A stretch of DNA of 64,000 nt from a virus (taxonomy: Duplodnaviria > Heunggongvirae > Uroviricota > Caudoviricetes). Every line of letters begins with the position of its first letter. Position 1 is the first letter of the stretch. The stretch is taken from the IMG/VR virus record IMGVR_UViG_3300045988_009865, positions 1-64,000 of that record. One strand, given 5' to 3'. This document shows, piece by piece, positions 41,421 to 52,028 of the stretch. The notes under the pieces are model-generated. The model made no database searches and had not been told where the DNA came from. It worked only from the letters and a program-made list of their open reading frames with translations. The position numbers and the translations under genes were made by a program.

Positions 41421-44120
41421 TTAGTGTACTTCAAGCCAGCTTTTACCAACCTTACCAGTACCTGTAACAAGTGTTTCTTTCTTAAGACCTAAGTTTTTAG
41501 AAGCTTGTCCATAATACCAGTCAGTAACTGCTTTCACATCTGCCGTCATACTTTCTGGACATTCCCAACTCGTCTCATCGTGATATGCGCAGAGCAAACG
41601 AGCACCAATAGCTGGTTGACGACCATTCAACTTCATCAAACCTTCGTCAATCATACGACGGCAAGCAAGGTTAATTGCCTCATTCTGAATTTGAGCCTCT
41701 GAACCCATCAAAAGATAGTTCAACAGTTTGTGTGGAGATTTACACCACAACCAAGCTCCAGCAACCTTTACAAAACCCCCTTTAGAGATTGCAGCAGTCT
41801 TACCAAACACCTCTTCAAGTGCTTTTTTAGTTGCTTTGTAGTCAGCTTCCAAGTCATCAAGTAGCTTCTTAATCTTAGGCAAACGAATAAAGTAAGTCTG
41901 TTTAGTTAGTGCACCTTCCTGAGTAGTTGCAGCTTTAATCGTCTTAGCAAACTTCTCATCACCTGCACCGAACAGTAGTGCATAGATACCATTCTTAGCT
42001 TTCTTACGACCCTTGCTAATCTCATGAAGAAGGTTCTCATCCTGAGTAGCTCGACAAGTCAAGATATCCTGCTCATCATTCAAGCTAAAGTAAATACTGT
42101 TCAGTGTGTGTGCATCAGTCCCTGAATAGACAACGTAAAGGTCATTCTCAGAGTCATAGCGTAGGTACTTATCAACCTCTGGATTGAGGTACTCATCAAA
42201 GTGTTTGCAGTAATAGCGTCCATCTTCTTGACGAATAAACTCAATCTCTTCTTTACCTTGCGTTACCGCTTTGGTGAAGTCTTTGTCACCCATAAAGTTA
42301 CAAAGAAGGACTAGCTGGGCTGAGTTCATGTCTACAGAGACAACGTTAGTACCTTCTTCACAAATCCACACTGCCCTCATTGGTTCCCCATAGACAGCAG
42401 CACCAGACGGTACGTTTACAATACCATACTGTGTCATACGTCCAGTTGAAGTACCAAATACCATTGCACCAGCACTAAGGCGACCATCAGGACGAATCTG
42501 GTTCAGCCAACCTTTTTCATCATCCTTTGAGTTCTCAATAGTTCTGCGTCGGTGCATCAAAGTATAGTACTTAGCAATCTTCTGTCCAAGCTCACCTTCA
42601 ATCGTATCATAAGATGATTCAGTAAGTTTTGGTGAAGTACGGATTAAGCAAGGCTCAAGCAAATCTGTGTACTTCTTCACAGACCAGTTATGTTCAATGT
42701 ACTGGACACCTTCATGTTCAACATAACTCAAACCACACCGTTCCACCATCTCATCCCACTTAGGATGTTTTGTAATCATCTTTTTGTTGTCTTTGAAGCG
42801 ACAAACCTTAACAGGACGACCATCAGAGTCTTTCTTATAGTTCCAGTCATCTGGAATCCAACCAACTGATTTCAAGTAGTCTTTAACAACTGCTACCTGA
42901 GTCATACGAGAAACTTCGAACTCAATTGGTGTATATGGTGCATCAATCAAACCTGTGTAGCGACTTGACTCAAGCTCAAAGTGGTTAACAACATGGCTGT
43001 TATAGTACTTCACAGTCTTAACTGTTTTTACTGGCTTCCAGTCTTTGCACTTCTTACCAATCTTTGCATTCAACTCATTGCAAATTGCACGAGCATCCTT
43101 CATTGCTACAAAGCCTTCCTTGTACTCTTCGCCAGTTACAGAGTTGGTTGGTGTATAGCAATTCCGCTTTTCAATGTTAAAAATCTTGGTAGTTGGTTTA
43201 CCAAATGGCTTGATTTCATATGTCTGCATCTCACCGTTACGTACCTGTTGACGATACTTTGTCTTAGGGTACTTGGTAATTCTCTTCAGTCCATCTGCAT
43301 GACCGAATGCTTCAACATACTCATTCCAAGCTTTTGCAAACTCTTCTCCAGTGACTTTACCTTTGGTCTTAATAGTTGGAGGAAGATGTGGTTCAACTTC
43401 TGAAGCAAGCTCATTAGTCAATTTGTCAAGTTCCTTTACATGAAACTCCATAAGCTCTTTATCAGCTTTCCAACCATTGATAGCCTGTTGACTCATCCAG
43501 AAAGATGTTTCTTTAGCTCGCATGTAGGTTTCATAAGTGTCTATGCCACACTTCTTTAGCTTGAGATATTCATTATCCAGTGCACGTTTAGTTTTGGCGT
43601 TAATACGGATGTCTTCTACAACACGAGTGAAGATTTCTGCATTCCACACACCCCAATGTTCAATCTCTGGTTTACGTACACCAACACGAGCACCCCATGC
43701 AGCCAATCCATGAGCACCTTTATAGCCCTTTGGAGTTGGTCTATCCATCCACTGAACACGAGACTGGATAAGAGAATCCTGAAAGAAATTACTCCACGGC
43801 TTACACTTTGGATTATCAAAGTTCCACAAATCAGGTGCAATGTGATTGAAAACCCACCAGTCATACCCTAAACCATTATGGATGCAAAGTCGTTTTGCCT
43901 TTAACGCAAACTCAATACCTTCACGCAAACCACCCTTAATGTACTTGGTATACTTGTGACCGAGGATAGGTTCATCTGTAAAGACCCATACAGGTGGCTC
44001 TTCATCGTCAGATTTATAGTCTGCGAAAGCCATTACGTGCACCTTAGTGAACTCAAGGAGTAAACCATCAGTTTCTGTATCACCAACTAAATGTAAGTTT
44101 TTAAAATCTACGTTTTCCAT
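41421..44120 (-). CDS. DNA polymerase, family A, with 3'-5' exonuclease domain
   Basis: exo motif VGDTETDGL; Pol A motif A-like VVSVDMNSAQL, motif B-like K..GIYALLFGAG, motif C LLCAYHDE; ATG 44120 with AGAGGGAG RBS preferred over 44150. Confidence 0.85.
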   Translation of the reverse strand: MENVDFKNLHLVGDTETDGLLLEFTKVHVMAFADYKSDDEEPPVWVFTDEPILGHKYTKYIKGGLREGIEFALKAKRLCIHNGLGYDWWVFNHIAPDLWNFDNPKCKPWSNFFQDSLIQSRVQWMDRPTPKGYKGAHGLAAWGARVGVRKPEIEHWGVWNAEIFTRVVEDIRINAKTKRALDNEYLKLKKCGIDTYETYMRAKETSFWMSQQAINGWKADKELMEFHVKELDKLTNELASEVEPHLPPTIKTKGKVTGEEFAKAWNEYVEAFGHADGLKRITKYPKTKYRQQVRNGEMQTYEIKPFGKPTTKIFNIEKRNCYTPTNSVTGEEYKEGFVAMKDARAICNELNAKIGKKCKDWKPVKTVKTVKYYNSHVVNHFELESSRYTGLIDAPYTPIEFEVSRMTQVAVVKDYLKSVGWIPDDWNYKKDSDGRPVKVCRFKDNKKMITKHPKWDEMVERCGLSYVEHEGVQYIEHNWSVKKYTDLLEPCLIRTSPKLTESSYDTIEGELGQKIAKYYTLMHRRRTIENSKDDEKGWLNQIRPDGRLSAGAMVFGTSTGRMTQYGIVNVPSGAAVYGEPMRAVWICEEGTNVVSVDMNSAQLVLLCNFMGDKDFTKAVTQGKEEIEFIRQEDGRYYCKHFDEYLNPEVDKYLRYDSENDLYVVYSGTDAHTLNSIYFSLNDEQDILTCRATQDENLLHEISKGRKKAKNGIYALLFGAGDEKFAKTIKAATTQEGALTKQTYFIRLPKIKKLLDDLEADYKATKKALEEVFGKTAAISKGGFVKVAGAWLWCKSPHKLLNYLLMGSEAQIQNEAINLACRRMIDEGLMKLNGRQPAIGARLLCAYHDETSWECPESMTADVKAVTDWYYGQASKNLGLKKETLVTGTGKVGKSWLEVH

Positions 44121-44180
44121 TTTTACTCCCTCTAAAATCATTAACCTCATACATTACTGCAAAAAATTATAAAAAGCAAG

Positions 44181-44204
44181 TTGACAATGTACTTGACAAG
44201 GTGT
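44181..44204 (+). promoter_or_regulatory. double-TTGACA element TTGACAATGTACTTGACAAGGTGT in divergent region
   Basis: matches 1903..1926 at 22 of 24 positions; followed by repeated ACTTAAAAG words up to gene start 44378. Confidence 0.4.
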
Positions 44205-44377
44205 TAATCTTTGCGAAGTGGGTTTTTACTTAAAAGGTTACTTAACAGTTTAACTATACAGATACTTTAAAACTCTTAAAAGATTATTTAATAGCTTTTA
44301 AAAAGCTTTAAAGTATAACGTATAGAATACGTTAAGATAAAAGATTAAAACTTAATAGTTACTTAAAAGAGGCTTAC

Positions 44378-44800
44378 ATGCAGAAAATGTTTGTTCACCC
44401 AGACATAGCTGACTTTGTTAGAGCTTTGCAGAAGTTGGAAGAACTTGACATTGCTGCTCAACGGGAATATGCTCACCATCACAGGAGAATGGTTGATATA
44501 CAACATGAAATAGAGTTGTCTGAAAACTATGAAGATGACTTAAAATGCTCTGTATTTGAGCATATGAAAGATGTTGCTACAGCGAGGCGTAAAGCTAAAG
44601 ACACAGTTGCTTTACTAGATTCTCTTAAAAAGAGGTTGCAAAGTGGTACAGACCTGTGTAATCTAGCGTCACTGATTAACGATGTTGAAACTTCTTGGGA
44701 TAGACATTACTATCCACGTTCTGAAAAGACACTTGACTTTTCTTCATCAGAAAACTTAAAATGTTCTAGAAAGAAACTTAACCAACTGAGAGAGAAATAA
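44378..44800 (+). CDS. hypothetical protein
   Basis: 140-aa ORF, first gene of plus module. Confidence 0.5.
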   Translation: MQKMFVHPDIADFVRALQKLEELDIAAQREYAHHHRRMVDIQHEIELSENYEDDLKCSVFEHMKDVATARRKAKDTVALLDSLKKRLQSGTDLCNLASLINDVETSWDRHYYPRSEKTLDFSSSENLKCSRKKLNQLREK

Positions 44801-44801
44801 T

Positions 44802-45602
44802 ATGAATATCGATGTAGAAAAGATGCTTGAAGAAAAAGGTGTTGACGAAGCGTTCTTAATCAATGCCGTAGAAAGCATGGCTATGATTCTTCGTGGCAAC
44901 AACTACACAGAACAGTTTATGCCTGCAAGCTATAACTTGTCTGAAGACAAGTCTGATAACGGTGCTTTTGCAGAACAGGTTAACATGATGTTGACAGACA
45001 CTACACTTGCTCTGGCATCTATTGCGGTTGGTGTTGATGCACTTGCTGAGTTCATTTTTTATGAAATGCAAAAGAATGACTATATCAGAATGTCAGACGA
45101 AGATAAGGAACTGTTGCTGACTAAGGACACTGATTTCATTATTGATACGCTTATCTCATCAACGAGTGCTGTTATGGCTGTTCTTGAGAAGCGTATGGAA
45201 GAGAAACTTTCACGATATGAAAAACTTGATTGGGGCGTAGAAGAATTAAACCCACGAATCAAAGAGATTATCCAGCAAACTAAAGAGTCTTTGGAAGAAG
45301 CTGTTGAAAATGACTCTGTAGCTGATATTGAACCACTTCAGGTGAAAGTTGCACTGATGATTCCAGCTATCTCTACGATGATGAATATCGTTGCACTAAT
45401 CCAACTGTCACAGATGATGGGTGTGAGTATTGAGTTCATTGAGGAAATGACTGGTGGCGTTAGTATGCAAGCAATCAATGATGTTTTGGTGAACATTGGT
45501 GCTTCAATCATTGAAGAGAAACTACGCATTAACTTCGGTGATGATTTTGTGAAGCAAATCTCAGCTATGGCTGAAAAAGAGTCTGCTGAGCAACTGCACT
45601 AA
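44802..45602 (+). CDS. hypothetical acidic protein
   Basis: 266-aa ORF. Confidence 0.5.
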   Translation: MNIDVEKMLEEKGVDEAFLINAVESMAMILRGNNYTEQFMPASYNLSEDKSDNGAFAEQVNMMLTDTTLALASIAVGVDALAEFIFYEMQKNDYIRMSDEDKELLLTKDTDFIIDTLISSTSAVMAVLEKRMEEKLSRYEKLDWGVEELNPRIKEIIQQTKESLEEAVENDSVADIEPLQVKVALMIPAISTMMNIVALIQLSQMMGVSIEFIEEMTGGVSMQAINDVLVNIGASIIEEKLRINFGDDFVKQISAMAEKESAEQLH

Positions 45603-45619
45603 GTCTTTATAAATCTTAC

Positions 45620-45646
45620 AAGCCTCCTTAGTTGGGGGCTTTTTAG
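45620..45646 (+). terminator. hairpin AAGCCTCC-TTAGTT-GGGGGCTT then TTTTT
   Basis: imperfect GC stem plus T-run. Confidence 0.45.
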
Positions 45647-45663
45647 TAATTAAGGGAGATAAA

Positions 45664-46407
45664 ATGAGTAATATTATCGCATTTACTGGAAAGGCACGTT
45701 CTGGAAAAGACACCTCATGTTCTATTGTGAAGAACATCTTAGAGGATGAGTATGGCTACAATGTTGCTGTAATGGCCTTTGCAGACAACCTTAAACTATC
45801 TGCATCAAAGATATTTGACTTGACTTGGAATGACCTGTACGGTGAAACTAAAGAGACTCCACAGGTATTTGACTTATCATATCATGAACTGATGTTTAAA
45901 GTTACGGAAGCTATGGAGTTCACCTTCAGAGATGAACGTTATCATATGGACTTCAAGCTTATGTCAGAGTTAACCGGACGATTAATCATGGAGCTTAAGA
46001 AGGTTGCTAAACCTACCATACTAACACGTCTGGGATTTAGTAAAAAGTATAAATTCTCATCAAGACAAATTCAACAAATTTGGGGTACTGAAGTTGTCCG
46101 TAAGGTAATGGGCGACAAGTTCTGGTCTAAAGACCTTGAAAAAAGAATGGTTAGATTCCATGAAATGTGCTCACTTAGAAATCAGTATGGTTTTGTCTTA
46201 ATCAGTGATTTAAGATTTGACTCTGAAGCTGAATGGCTGAGTAGATTTGCACACCAAACTATTGAAGTAAAAAGAGACAATGTGGACAAAGTTTCATCAC
46301 ATGTTTCAGAAAATGGGATTTCTACAAAATATGAGCGTGACATTATTCATAATAATGGTACTCTTGCAGACCTTGAGAACAAGCTAAGAGCCATCATTAA
46401 AGTTTAA
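45664..46407 (+). CDS. P-loop nucleotide kinase (dNMP kinase-like)
   Basis: N-terminal Walker A FTGKARSGKDT; GGGAGA RBS. Confidence 0.5.
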   Translation: MSNIIAFTGKARSGKDTSCSIVKNILEDEYGYNVAVMAFADNLKLSASKIFDLTWNDLYGETKETPQVFDLSYHELMFKVTEAMEFTFRDERYHMDFKLMSELTGRLIMELKKVAKPTILTRLGFSKKYKFSSRQIQQIWGTEVVRKVMGDKFWSKDLEKRMVRFHEMCSLRNQYGFVLISDLRFDSEAEWLSRFAHQTIEVKRDNVDKVSSHVSENGISTKYERDIIHNNGTLADLENKLRAIIKV

Positions 46408-46415
46408 AAGAGAGA

Positions 46416-46616
46416 ATGAAGATGAGAGTAAAAGACAATTTTAAAGTTATTGACCACCGTTTAGTGGAACTCTCATCTCTTTCCAATGAGGTAATGATTG
46501 AACGTCTTAAGAGAGTTGAATCACGAAGGAAAGAGATTGCAGATGAAATTCATGAACTGGACAAGATTGAAAATGGATTGAAGGCAGAACTACAACGAAG
46601 AGGTGCTAATGTCTAA
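46416..46616 (+). CDS. hypothetical small protein
   Basis: 66-aa ORF, coiled-coil-like. Confidence 0.4.
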   Translation: MKMRVKDNFKVIDHRLVELSSLSNEVMIERLKRVESRRKEIADEIHELDKIENGLKAELQRRGANV

Positions 46617-48594
46617 AGGTCGTAAATTGAAAGAGGCTGGTCAGTTTGTTGGTCATTGCGCATGTCCACGTTGTGGTTCATCAGATGCTGGTTCAATCTA
46701 TCATCATGACGATGATTCTTATTCAATGACTTGCTTTAGTTGTAACAAAGGTTTCCCAGAGTGGGATTTTGATAAAGGACAAATCGTGAGCACTTATTCT
46801 ACTGGTTCAGACAATAAAAACCGTACTTTCCGTGGAATGGATTTAGACGATGTGAAAGAAAACCTTGAAGCAATGGACTTGAAAGACAGGAAGATTCCTG
46901 CAAAAGTTCTTGAGCGTTTGGGTATTAAGGTTGACATTGACAGTGATGGTGAAATTGATGCGCATTTCTATCCAACTTACAAACGTAATGAAGATGGTAA
47001 GCTAGAGCACGTTGGCTACCGTGTTCGTCACCGTTACCCAGAAGACCATCCAAAAGAACACCTACGAGGTAAGCTAAAAGACTTCTCAGGCGGTGTTGGA
47101 GACATTAAAGGTGAACTGGCGATGTTCGGTTCATGGATTGCTCCAGAAGGTGGTAACCGTCTATTCATCTGGGAAGGTGAGATGGAATGTGCGACAGCAA
47201 TCTACATGACTTCTTTGGCGATTAAAGATAAATCTCGTCGTAAGAATTACTGTCACGTATCTGTTCCATCAGGCGCAAACATTAAATCTATCAAAGACAA
47301 CTATCAGTACATCACATCATTTGATGAGATTTACTTGTGCTTTGATAACGATGAAGCTGGTGCTAAAGCTACCAAAGAGGCTGCTGGTATCCTACCTATT
47401 GAGAAGGTTCGTTTATTCCAGTATCCAGAAGGTGTAAAAGACCTTAATGAATGGTGGACAAAGTTCTATAAAGAGAAAGACACAGTTCTGGAAGGATTTA
47501 AGCAGCGTATCTACAATGCACCTCGTTACTGCCCTGCTGGTATCAAGAACTTTGCAGACGGTTTTGAGGCAATGAAGAATCGTGGTCAGATTCCATTGAT
47601 TCCTTTCCCAGAGTCTTTCGGGGATTTGAACAGGCTGACTTATGGTGGTTATGGTTTAGGTGAGATTACAACTATTGCAGCACCATCTTCAGTAGGTAAG
47701 TCAGCTTACACTCGTGAGATGATTTATTCAGCTTGGAAAGAAACTGATTACAATATCGGTGTAATTCCTGTAGAAGATACCTATGAAGAGTTGATGGAGA
47801 TGCTCTGTGCAATTCACCTAAGCAAGCAGATTTCTGAGATTCCTTATGATGAACGGGATTGGGATGAACTAAAAGGAGCACACGCAGAACTATCTAAAGG
47901 TCGTCGTATCCATATCGTTGACCATCAAGGGGCAATTGACCAAGATAACCTGCTAGAGTTTGTTGACTATCTTGTTAATAGTTTAGACTGTAAGATTATC
48001 ATCCTTGACCCTATTACGTTGGCTCTGTCACGTTCAGATACGGATGAAGAGGAAGTTTTGTCTGAGCTATTGCGTCGTTGCAAACGCTACCAGTATGCGC
48101 AGGTAAACGTGTGTCACGTTCGTAAGAGTGCAGGTGGTCAGAAAGCCAACTCTGAAGGTGGAGATATCTCTGAAGAGGATATTAAGGGTTCTGGTGCATA
48201 CTTCCAGATTTCCATGAATAATATTTTGTTAATGCGTAACAAGGTTGACCCAGACCCTGTTAAGAAAAACTTGACAAAAATCAAGTTAACTAAATGTCGT
48301 CGTCATGGTAAGTCAACAGGTATTGCTGGTCATACTTGGTACAATCCAGATACAGGACGTCTTATCAAAGCTTCTGGATGTGGTGTTGATATTGATGGTG
48401 CAGCAGAAAATATTCGTCAACAGTTTGGTATTGGTGAAGCTGAAGACCATTACGATGACTCTTTACCTCATTATGAGGATGAAGTGTTTGACCGTGAGAC
48501 TGGTGAAGTCTATACTGAAGAACAACGTCAAAGCTCAACAATTCCACCTGTATTAAGTGAGGATGCAGATGACTGCCCGTTTGAAACTGAGTGA
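46603..48594 (+). CDS. bifunctional DNA primase-helicase (T7 gp4-like architecture)
   Basis: N-terminal zinc ribbon CPRCGS...CFSCNKG, central TOPRIM-like region, C-terminal Walker A APSSVGKSAYT. Confidence 0.8.
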   Translation: MLMSKGRKLKEAGQFVGHCACPRCGSSDAGSIYHHDDDSYSMTCFSCNKGFPEWDFDKGQIVSTYSTGSDNKNRTFRGMDLDDVKENLEAMDLKDRKIPAKVLERLGIKVDIDSDGEIDAHFYPTYKRNEDGKLEHVGYRVRHRYPEDHPKEHLRGKLKDFSGGVGDIKGELAMFGSWIAPEGGNRLFIWEGEMECATAIYMTSLAIKDKSRRKNYCHVSVPSGANIKSIKDNYQYITSFDEIYLCFDNDEAGAKATKEAAGILPIEKVRLFQYPEGVKDLNEWWTKFYKEKDTVLEGFKQRIYNAPRYCPAGIKNFADGFEAMKNRGQIPLIPFPESFGDLNRLTYGGYGLGEITTIAAPSSVGKSAYTREMIYSAWKETDYNIGVIPVEDTYEELMEMLCAIHLSKQISEIPYDERDWDELKGAHAELSKGRRIHIVDHQGAIDQDNLLEFVDYLVNSLDCKIIILDPITLALSRSDTDEEEVLSELLRRCKRYQYAQVNVCHVRKSAGGQKANSEGGDISEEDIKGSGAYFQISMNNILLMRNKVDPDPVKKNLTKIKLTKCRRHGKSTGIAGHTWYNPDTGRLIKASGCGVDIDGAAENIRQQFGIGEAEDHYDDSLPHYEDEVFDRETGEVYTEEQRQSSTIPPVLSEDADDCPFETE

Positions 48595-48850
48595 TAGTTA
48601 TAAAAGAGAGGGGTTCATACCCTTCTTTGAAGAAAAAAGTTTAAATGAATTTCAGGAAGAGTGTTTGACAAAGGTTGATAGGTTCTATAGAATGCTCTAC
48701 ATGAAATGTGATGGAGGCGTTGAGGTAGAAGAAAAGTTCCATCACAGTATGATAACAGTCACTATTACTATACCTCGACATAATATTGGTTGGTTGTTTA
48801 TAATTAAAGAAAATGTGTTTGAATATCAAGTATATCGGAGAATATCATGA
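48557..48850 (+). CDS. hypothetical protein (uncertain)
   Basis: 97-aa ORF overlapping primase-helicase 3' end. Confidence 0.3.
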   Translation: MRMQMTARLKLSDSYKREGFIPFFEEKSLNEFQEECLTKVDRFYRMLYMKCDGGVEVEEKFHHSMITVTITIPRHNIGWLFIIKENVFEYQVYRRIS

Positions 48851-48996
48851 AACACTCTAAAGCATTTGAAAAAGTTTTTGGGGATTCCTTAAAAGCCACT
48901 GCTGGTAAACCAGCAAAATACTATGAAGAGAAGCGTGTAAGAACTGGAAAAACTGCACGTAAAGCAGCTTCTAAAGATAAGCACAACTTCCAGTAA
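48847..48996 (+). CDS. small basic protein (49 aa)
   Basis: GGAGA RBS; MKHSKAFEKVFGDSLKATAGKPAKYYEEKRVRTGKTARKAASKDKHNFQ. Confidence 0.3.
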   Translation: MKHSKAFEKVFGDSLKATAGKPAKYYEEKRVRTGKTARKAASKDKHNFQ

Positions 48997-49002
48997 TTAA
49001 TG

Positions 49003-49031
49003 TTTGACAATAGAGTATCAACAAATTAGAA
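49003..49031 (+). promoter_or_regulatory. sigma70-like promoter (TTGACA, 17-nt spacer, TAGAAT)
   Basis: -35 49003..49008, -10 49026..49031; 6-bp inverted repeat AGAGTA/TACTCT (49011..49016 / 49035..49040) overlaps it. Confidence 0.5.
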
Positions 49032-49068
49032 TTGGTACTCTTCATAAATTGAGATAGAGGTTTAAATA

Positions 49069-49926
49069 ATGTCTAAAGTTGTTAAAATGAAAGCTCCGGT
49101 AGAGAAGTACAACGGTACTGAACGTCAAACTCTGCGTTACCTGCTGAAAGATGTCTGGTTTTATTACCTGAATACTTCACCACGTCCGGGAAAAGGTAAA
49201 TCTATCGATAAGAAATTCCCAGGCAAAGACTGTAACTACAGTGTTTCAATTCTGGCAGAAGATGGTAACAAACTGTTTAAAGAGTTTACTAAGTCTAAGA
49301 AAAACCCAGAAGGTTGGGATAAAGTTACTACTGAAGCAGTTGATGCAGATGACTTCGAAGAGAAGTTTGGTTGCAAACCACCATTTGAAGCAGACACTTA
49401 CTACATCTTGAAAGTAAGTCGTGCAGCAGCTTATAAGGATGGTGCTGTGTGGACAGCTAAACAGTCATTCCCTGTAATGCTGATTGAAGAAGTAAACGGT
49501 AAGCGTGTAGCTGTTAAACAGCCGATGAAGAAAATCAAAGCTCAAGCATCTGACAAACATGAAGATGACAAGAACTATGATGTAATTCATCCAGATATTG
49601 CAGTTGGTAACGGTTCTTTTGGTAGTGTGATTCTTTCTACTCACTTCTACACTTTTGAGAACAATGTTCTGACAAAACCTATTCAGGAACAGTTTATCAT
49701 TGATACCCTTGTACCTTACACTGGTGGTAACGGTGCTAACGGCGAACCTGAACTGGATGAAGATGAACTGGCTATGCTTGGTCTTGATGGTGTTGAAGAT
49801 AATGGTGAAATCACTGAAGAAGACGCAACAGACCACAAACCTTCGAATAATTCTGATGATGGTGACGATGAAGACTTGCCAGACCCAGATGACGAAGAAG
49901 ATGAAGACTTCGATACAGAAGACTAA
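49069..49926 (+). CDS. putative single-stranded DNA-binding protein (acidic C-terminal tail)
   Basis: 285 aa; C-terminus DDGDDEDLPDPDDEEDEDFDTED; replication-module context. Confidence 0.5.
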   Translation: MSKVVKMKAPVEKYNGTERQTLRYLLKDVWFYYLNTSPRPGKGKSIDKKFPGKDCNYSVSILAEDGNKLFKEFTKSKKNPEGWDKVTTEAVDADDFEEKFGCKPPFEADTYYILKVSRAAAYKDGAVWTAKQSFPVMLIEEVNGKRVAVKQPMKKIKAQASDKHEDDKNYDVIHPDIAVGNGSFGSVILSTHFYTFENNVLTKPIQEQFIIDTLVPYTGGNGANGEPELDEDELAMLGLDGVEDNGEITEEDATDHKPSNNSDDGDDEDLPDPDDEEDEDFDTED

Positions 49927-49944
49927 TCTCTAAAAGTTACTTTA

Positions 49945-49973
49945 AAGCCCTGTACTTAGTATGGGGCTTTTTC
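49945..49973 (+). terminator. hairpin AAGCCC...GGGGCTT then TTTTT
   Basis: after SSB-like gene. Confidence 0.5.
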
Positions 49974-49988
49974 ATATGGAGAGTCACA

Positions 49989-51035
49989 ATGGAGAAGTAC
50001 ACATTAAAAAAACTTCCCGATTCAGTTACACATGTCTTTATTGACTCTGATAGTATTGCCTATAAAGGTGCTTGTGTAGTTGAGAAAGCAAAATATAAAT
50101 ATGTCAATAAACTCACAGCAGAAGAATCTGAACCATTTGATAATGCAAAAGATGCTGCAAGATGGTTAGCAGACCAGAGAATCCTTGTAGAAGAGCTTGG
50201 CCTAGCATTTGATGAAGATGAATGGGACAGACAGACTTGGAAAGAAGCTAAGAGTGAAAAAGAAGCTATCATGGCTACTCAGCAGGTTCTTCAGGAATGG
50301 CTTAAGGTTGTTGGTAAAGAAAGAACTTGGGTAGGTTACTTAACAGAGAAGGGTGTACATAAACATAAAGACGTTAAAGGTCTTGAGCACCAATATCAAG
50401 GTAACCGTAAAGATGCTGTCACACCAACACACTTAGTTGCTTGTCGTGAATATCTTTTATCCAGACCAGAGTTCAAACTCTTAAGGGGCGGCTTCGAAGC
50501 CGATTCAATTGTAATTGCTAAAGCTGAAAAGATGGGTAAGAAAGCTGCTCTTATGAGTATTGACAAAGACCTTCGACAAGCTGAAGGGACTTATTGTATT
50601 GATATGACTTATGAAAAGTCACCACTAATTTTTATTGCTGATAATAACGTTGGTAATATCTGGGATTGTCCTATTAAATCAAAACCAAAAGCTGCAAAAA
50701 CAGTTGGCGTAGGTTTTAAATTTTTGTGTTATCAGGCTGTTGCTGGAGATAATGCAGACAACTACTTCGGCCTTAAAGGTGCTGGAAAAGTAGCTGTGAT
50801 GAATGCTTTAGATGGTAAAGAGACTTATAAAGAATGTCTTGATGCTATCTATGAACTCTATGCTAAAAAAGACTCTTATACCTATGTGTCATGGGATGGA
50901 CAGACTGTCACAAAGACACCATTAGAGTTAATGGAACAACATTTCTTCCTAGCTTATCAAGAGCGAAATAAATCAGATATTTTTTCATTTGAAAAGTATG
51001 GTTGGACTCCAAATGTTGACTCAGCAGACACTTAA
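49989..51035 (+). CDS. 5'-3' exonuclease / flap endonuclease
   Basis: N-terminal acidic cluster VFIDSDSIAY and H3TH-like AVAGDNADNYFGLKGAGKVAV. Confidence 0.65.
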   Translation: MEKYTLKKLPDSVTHVFIDSDSIAYKGACVVEKAKYKYVNKLTAEESEPFDNAKDAARWLADQRILVEELGLAFDEDEWDRQTWKEAKSEKEAIMATQQVLQEWLKVVGKERTWVGYLTEKGVHKHKDVKGLEHQYQGNRKDAVTPTHLVACREYLLSRPEFKLLRGGFEADSIVIAKAEKMGKKAALMSIDKDLRQAEGTYCIDMTYEKSPLIFIADNNVGNIWDCPIKSKPKAAKTVGVGFKFLCYQAVAGDNADNYFGLKGAGKVAVMNALDGKETYKECLDAIYELYAKKDSYTYVSWDGQTVTKTPLELMEQHFFLAYQERNKSDIFSFEKYGWTPNVDSADT

Positions 51036-51513
51036 AGAATATCTACACTATGACCCCGAAACAGGGGTCTTTACGTGGATAAAGAAATCAGCTAACAGAA
51101 CAGTTATAGGCTCCATTGCAGGTACACCACATAAGCGAGGTTATATTAGGATAAAAATTAAAAGAAAATTCTATATGGCTCATGATTTAGCAATCCTGTA
51201 CACAGACGGTTTCCTACCTAACAGAGTAGACCATCGCAACGGTATTACGAATGATAATCGTAGATTAAATCTAAGGGTTTGCACACAAGCTGAAAACTCT
51301 TGGAATAGAAGAACACACTCCAACAACACATCTGGAGTTAAGGGTGTATCTTTCTATAAGGCTAACCAAAAATGGAAGGCCAGAGTTATGGCACACGGGG
51401 TATCTCACTTTCTGGGGTATTTTGACAGTATTGAAGATGCCAAAGATGCAGTTACAAAGAAAAGAGAAGAACTACATAAAGAGTTTTCAAATCACGGAGA
51501 AGCTTATGAATGA
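50989..51513 (+). CDS. HNH homing endonuclease with AP2-like DNA-binding domain
   Basis: YDPETGVFTW, HNH core NRVDHRNGITNDNRRLNLRVCTQAENSWN, C-terminal VKGVSFYKANQKWKARV; start may be the later in-frame ATG. Confidence 0.65.
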   Translation: MKSMVGLQMLTQQTLKEYLHYDPETGVFTWIKKSANRTVIGSIAGTPHKRGYIRIKIKRKFYMAHDLAILYTDGFLPNRVDHRNGITNDNRRLNLRVCTQAENSWNRRTHSNNTSGVKGVSFYKANQKWKARVMAHGVSHFLGYFDSIEDAKDAVTKKREELHKEFSNHGEAYE

Positions 51514-52007
51514 AGATTAAAGGATTTGGCAATTGTCCTACCTATGGTCATTGGGTATCTTTATGTGGGGAAGTTGACCCCACTAAACATTTTGGTTTTG
51601 TCTATTTAGTATACTGTAAGAAAACCGGACAATATTATATTGGAAAGAAACAGCTTAATAGCGTGACCAAAAGAAAAGTTGCTGGCAAGACTCGGAAGAA
51701 GGTAGTCACTAAGGAGAGTGATTGGATGACTTATGAGACTTCTTCTGAGTATATTAAAAAAGATATTGAGAGCTTTGGAAAAGAATTTTTTGACTTTTAC
51801 ATTATCCAAACCTACTACACAAAAGGTGGTCTAGTTTATGGTGAAGCAAACCTCCAACATAAATTCGATGTAATGACAAAAAGGATTGACTCTAAGCTCA
51901 GACTCTTCTACAATGCCAACATTGCAGCAATTAAGTTTATCACTAAAGAAACTTATGAAGATGCTGAAAAAAGAATCCATAAGGTAATGAAAGCAAACTG
52001 TGCTTGA
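51510..52007 (+). CDS. putative GIY-YIG-like endonuclease (weak)
   Basis: FVYLVYCKKTGQYYIGKK resembles GIY...YIG but is not at the extreme N-terminus. Confidence 0.35.
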   Translation: MKIKGFGNCPTYGHWVSLCGEVDPTKHFGFVYLVYCKKTGQYYIGKKQLNSVTKRKVAGKTRKKVVTKESDWMTYETSSEYIKKDIESFGKEFFDFYIIQTYYTKGGLVYGEANLQHKFDVMTKRIDSKLRLFYNANIAAIKFITKETYEDAEKRIHKVMKANCA

Positions 52008-52028
52008 TAACTATTGAGAGAGAATAAA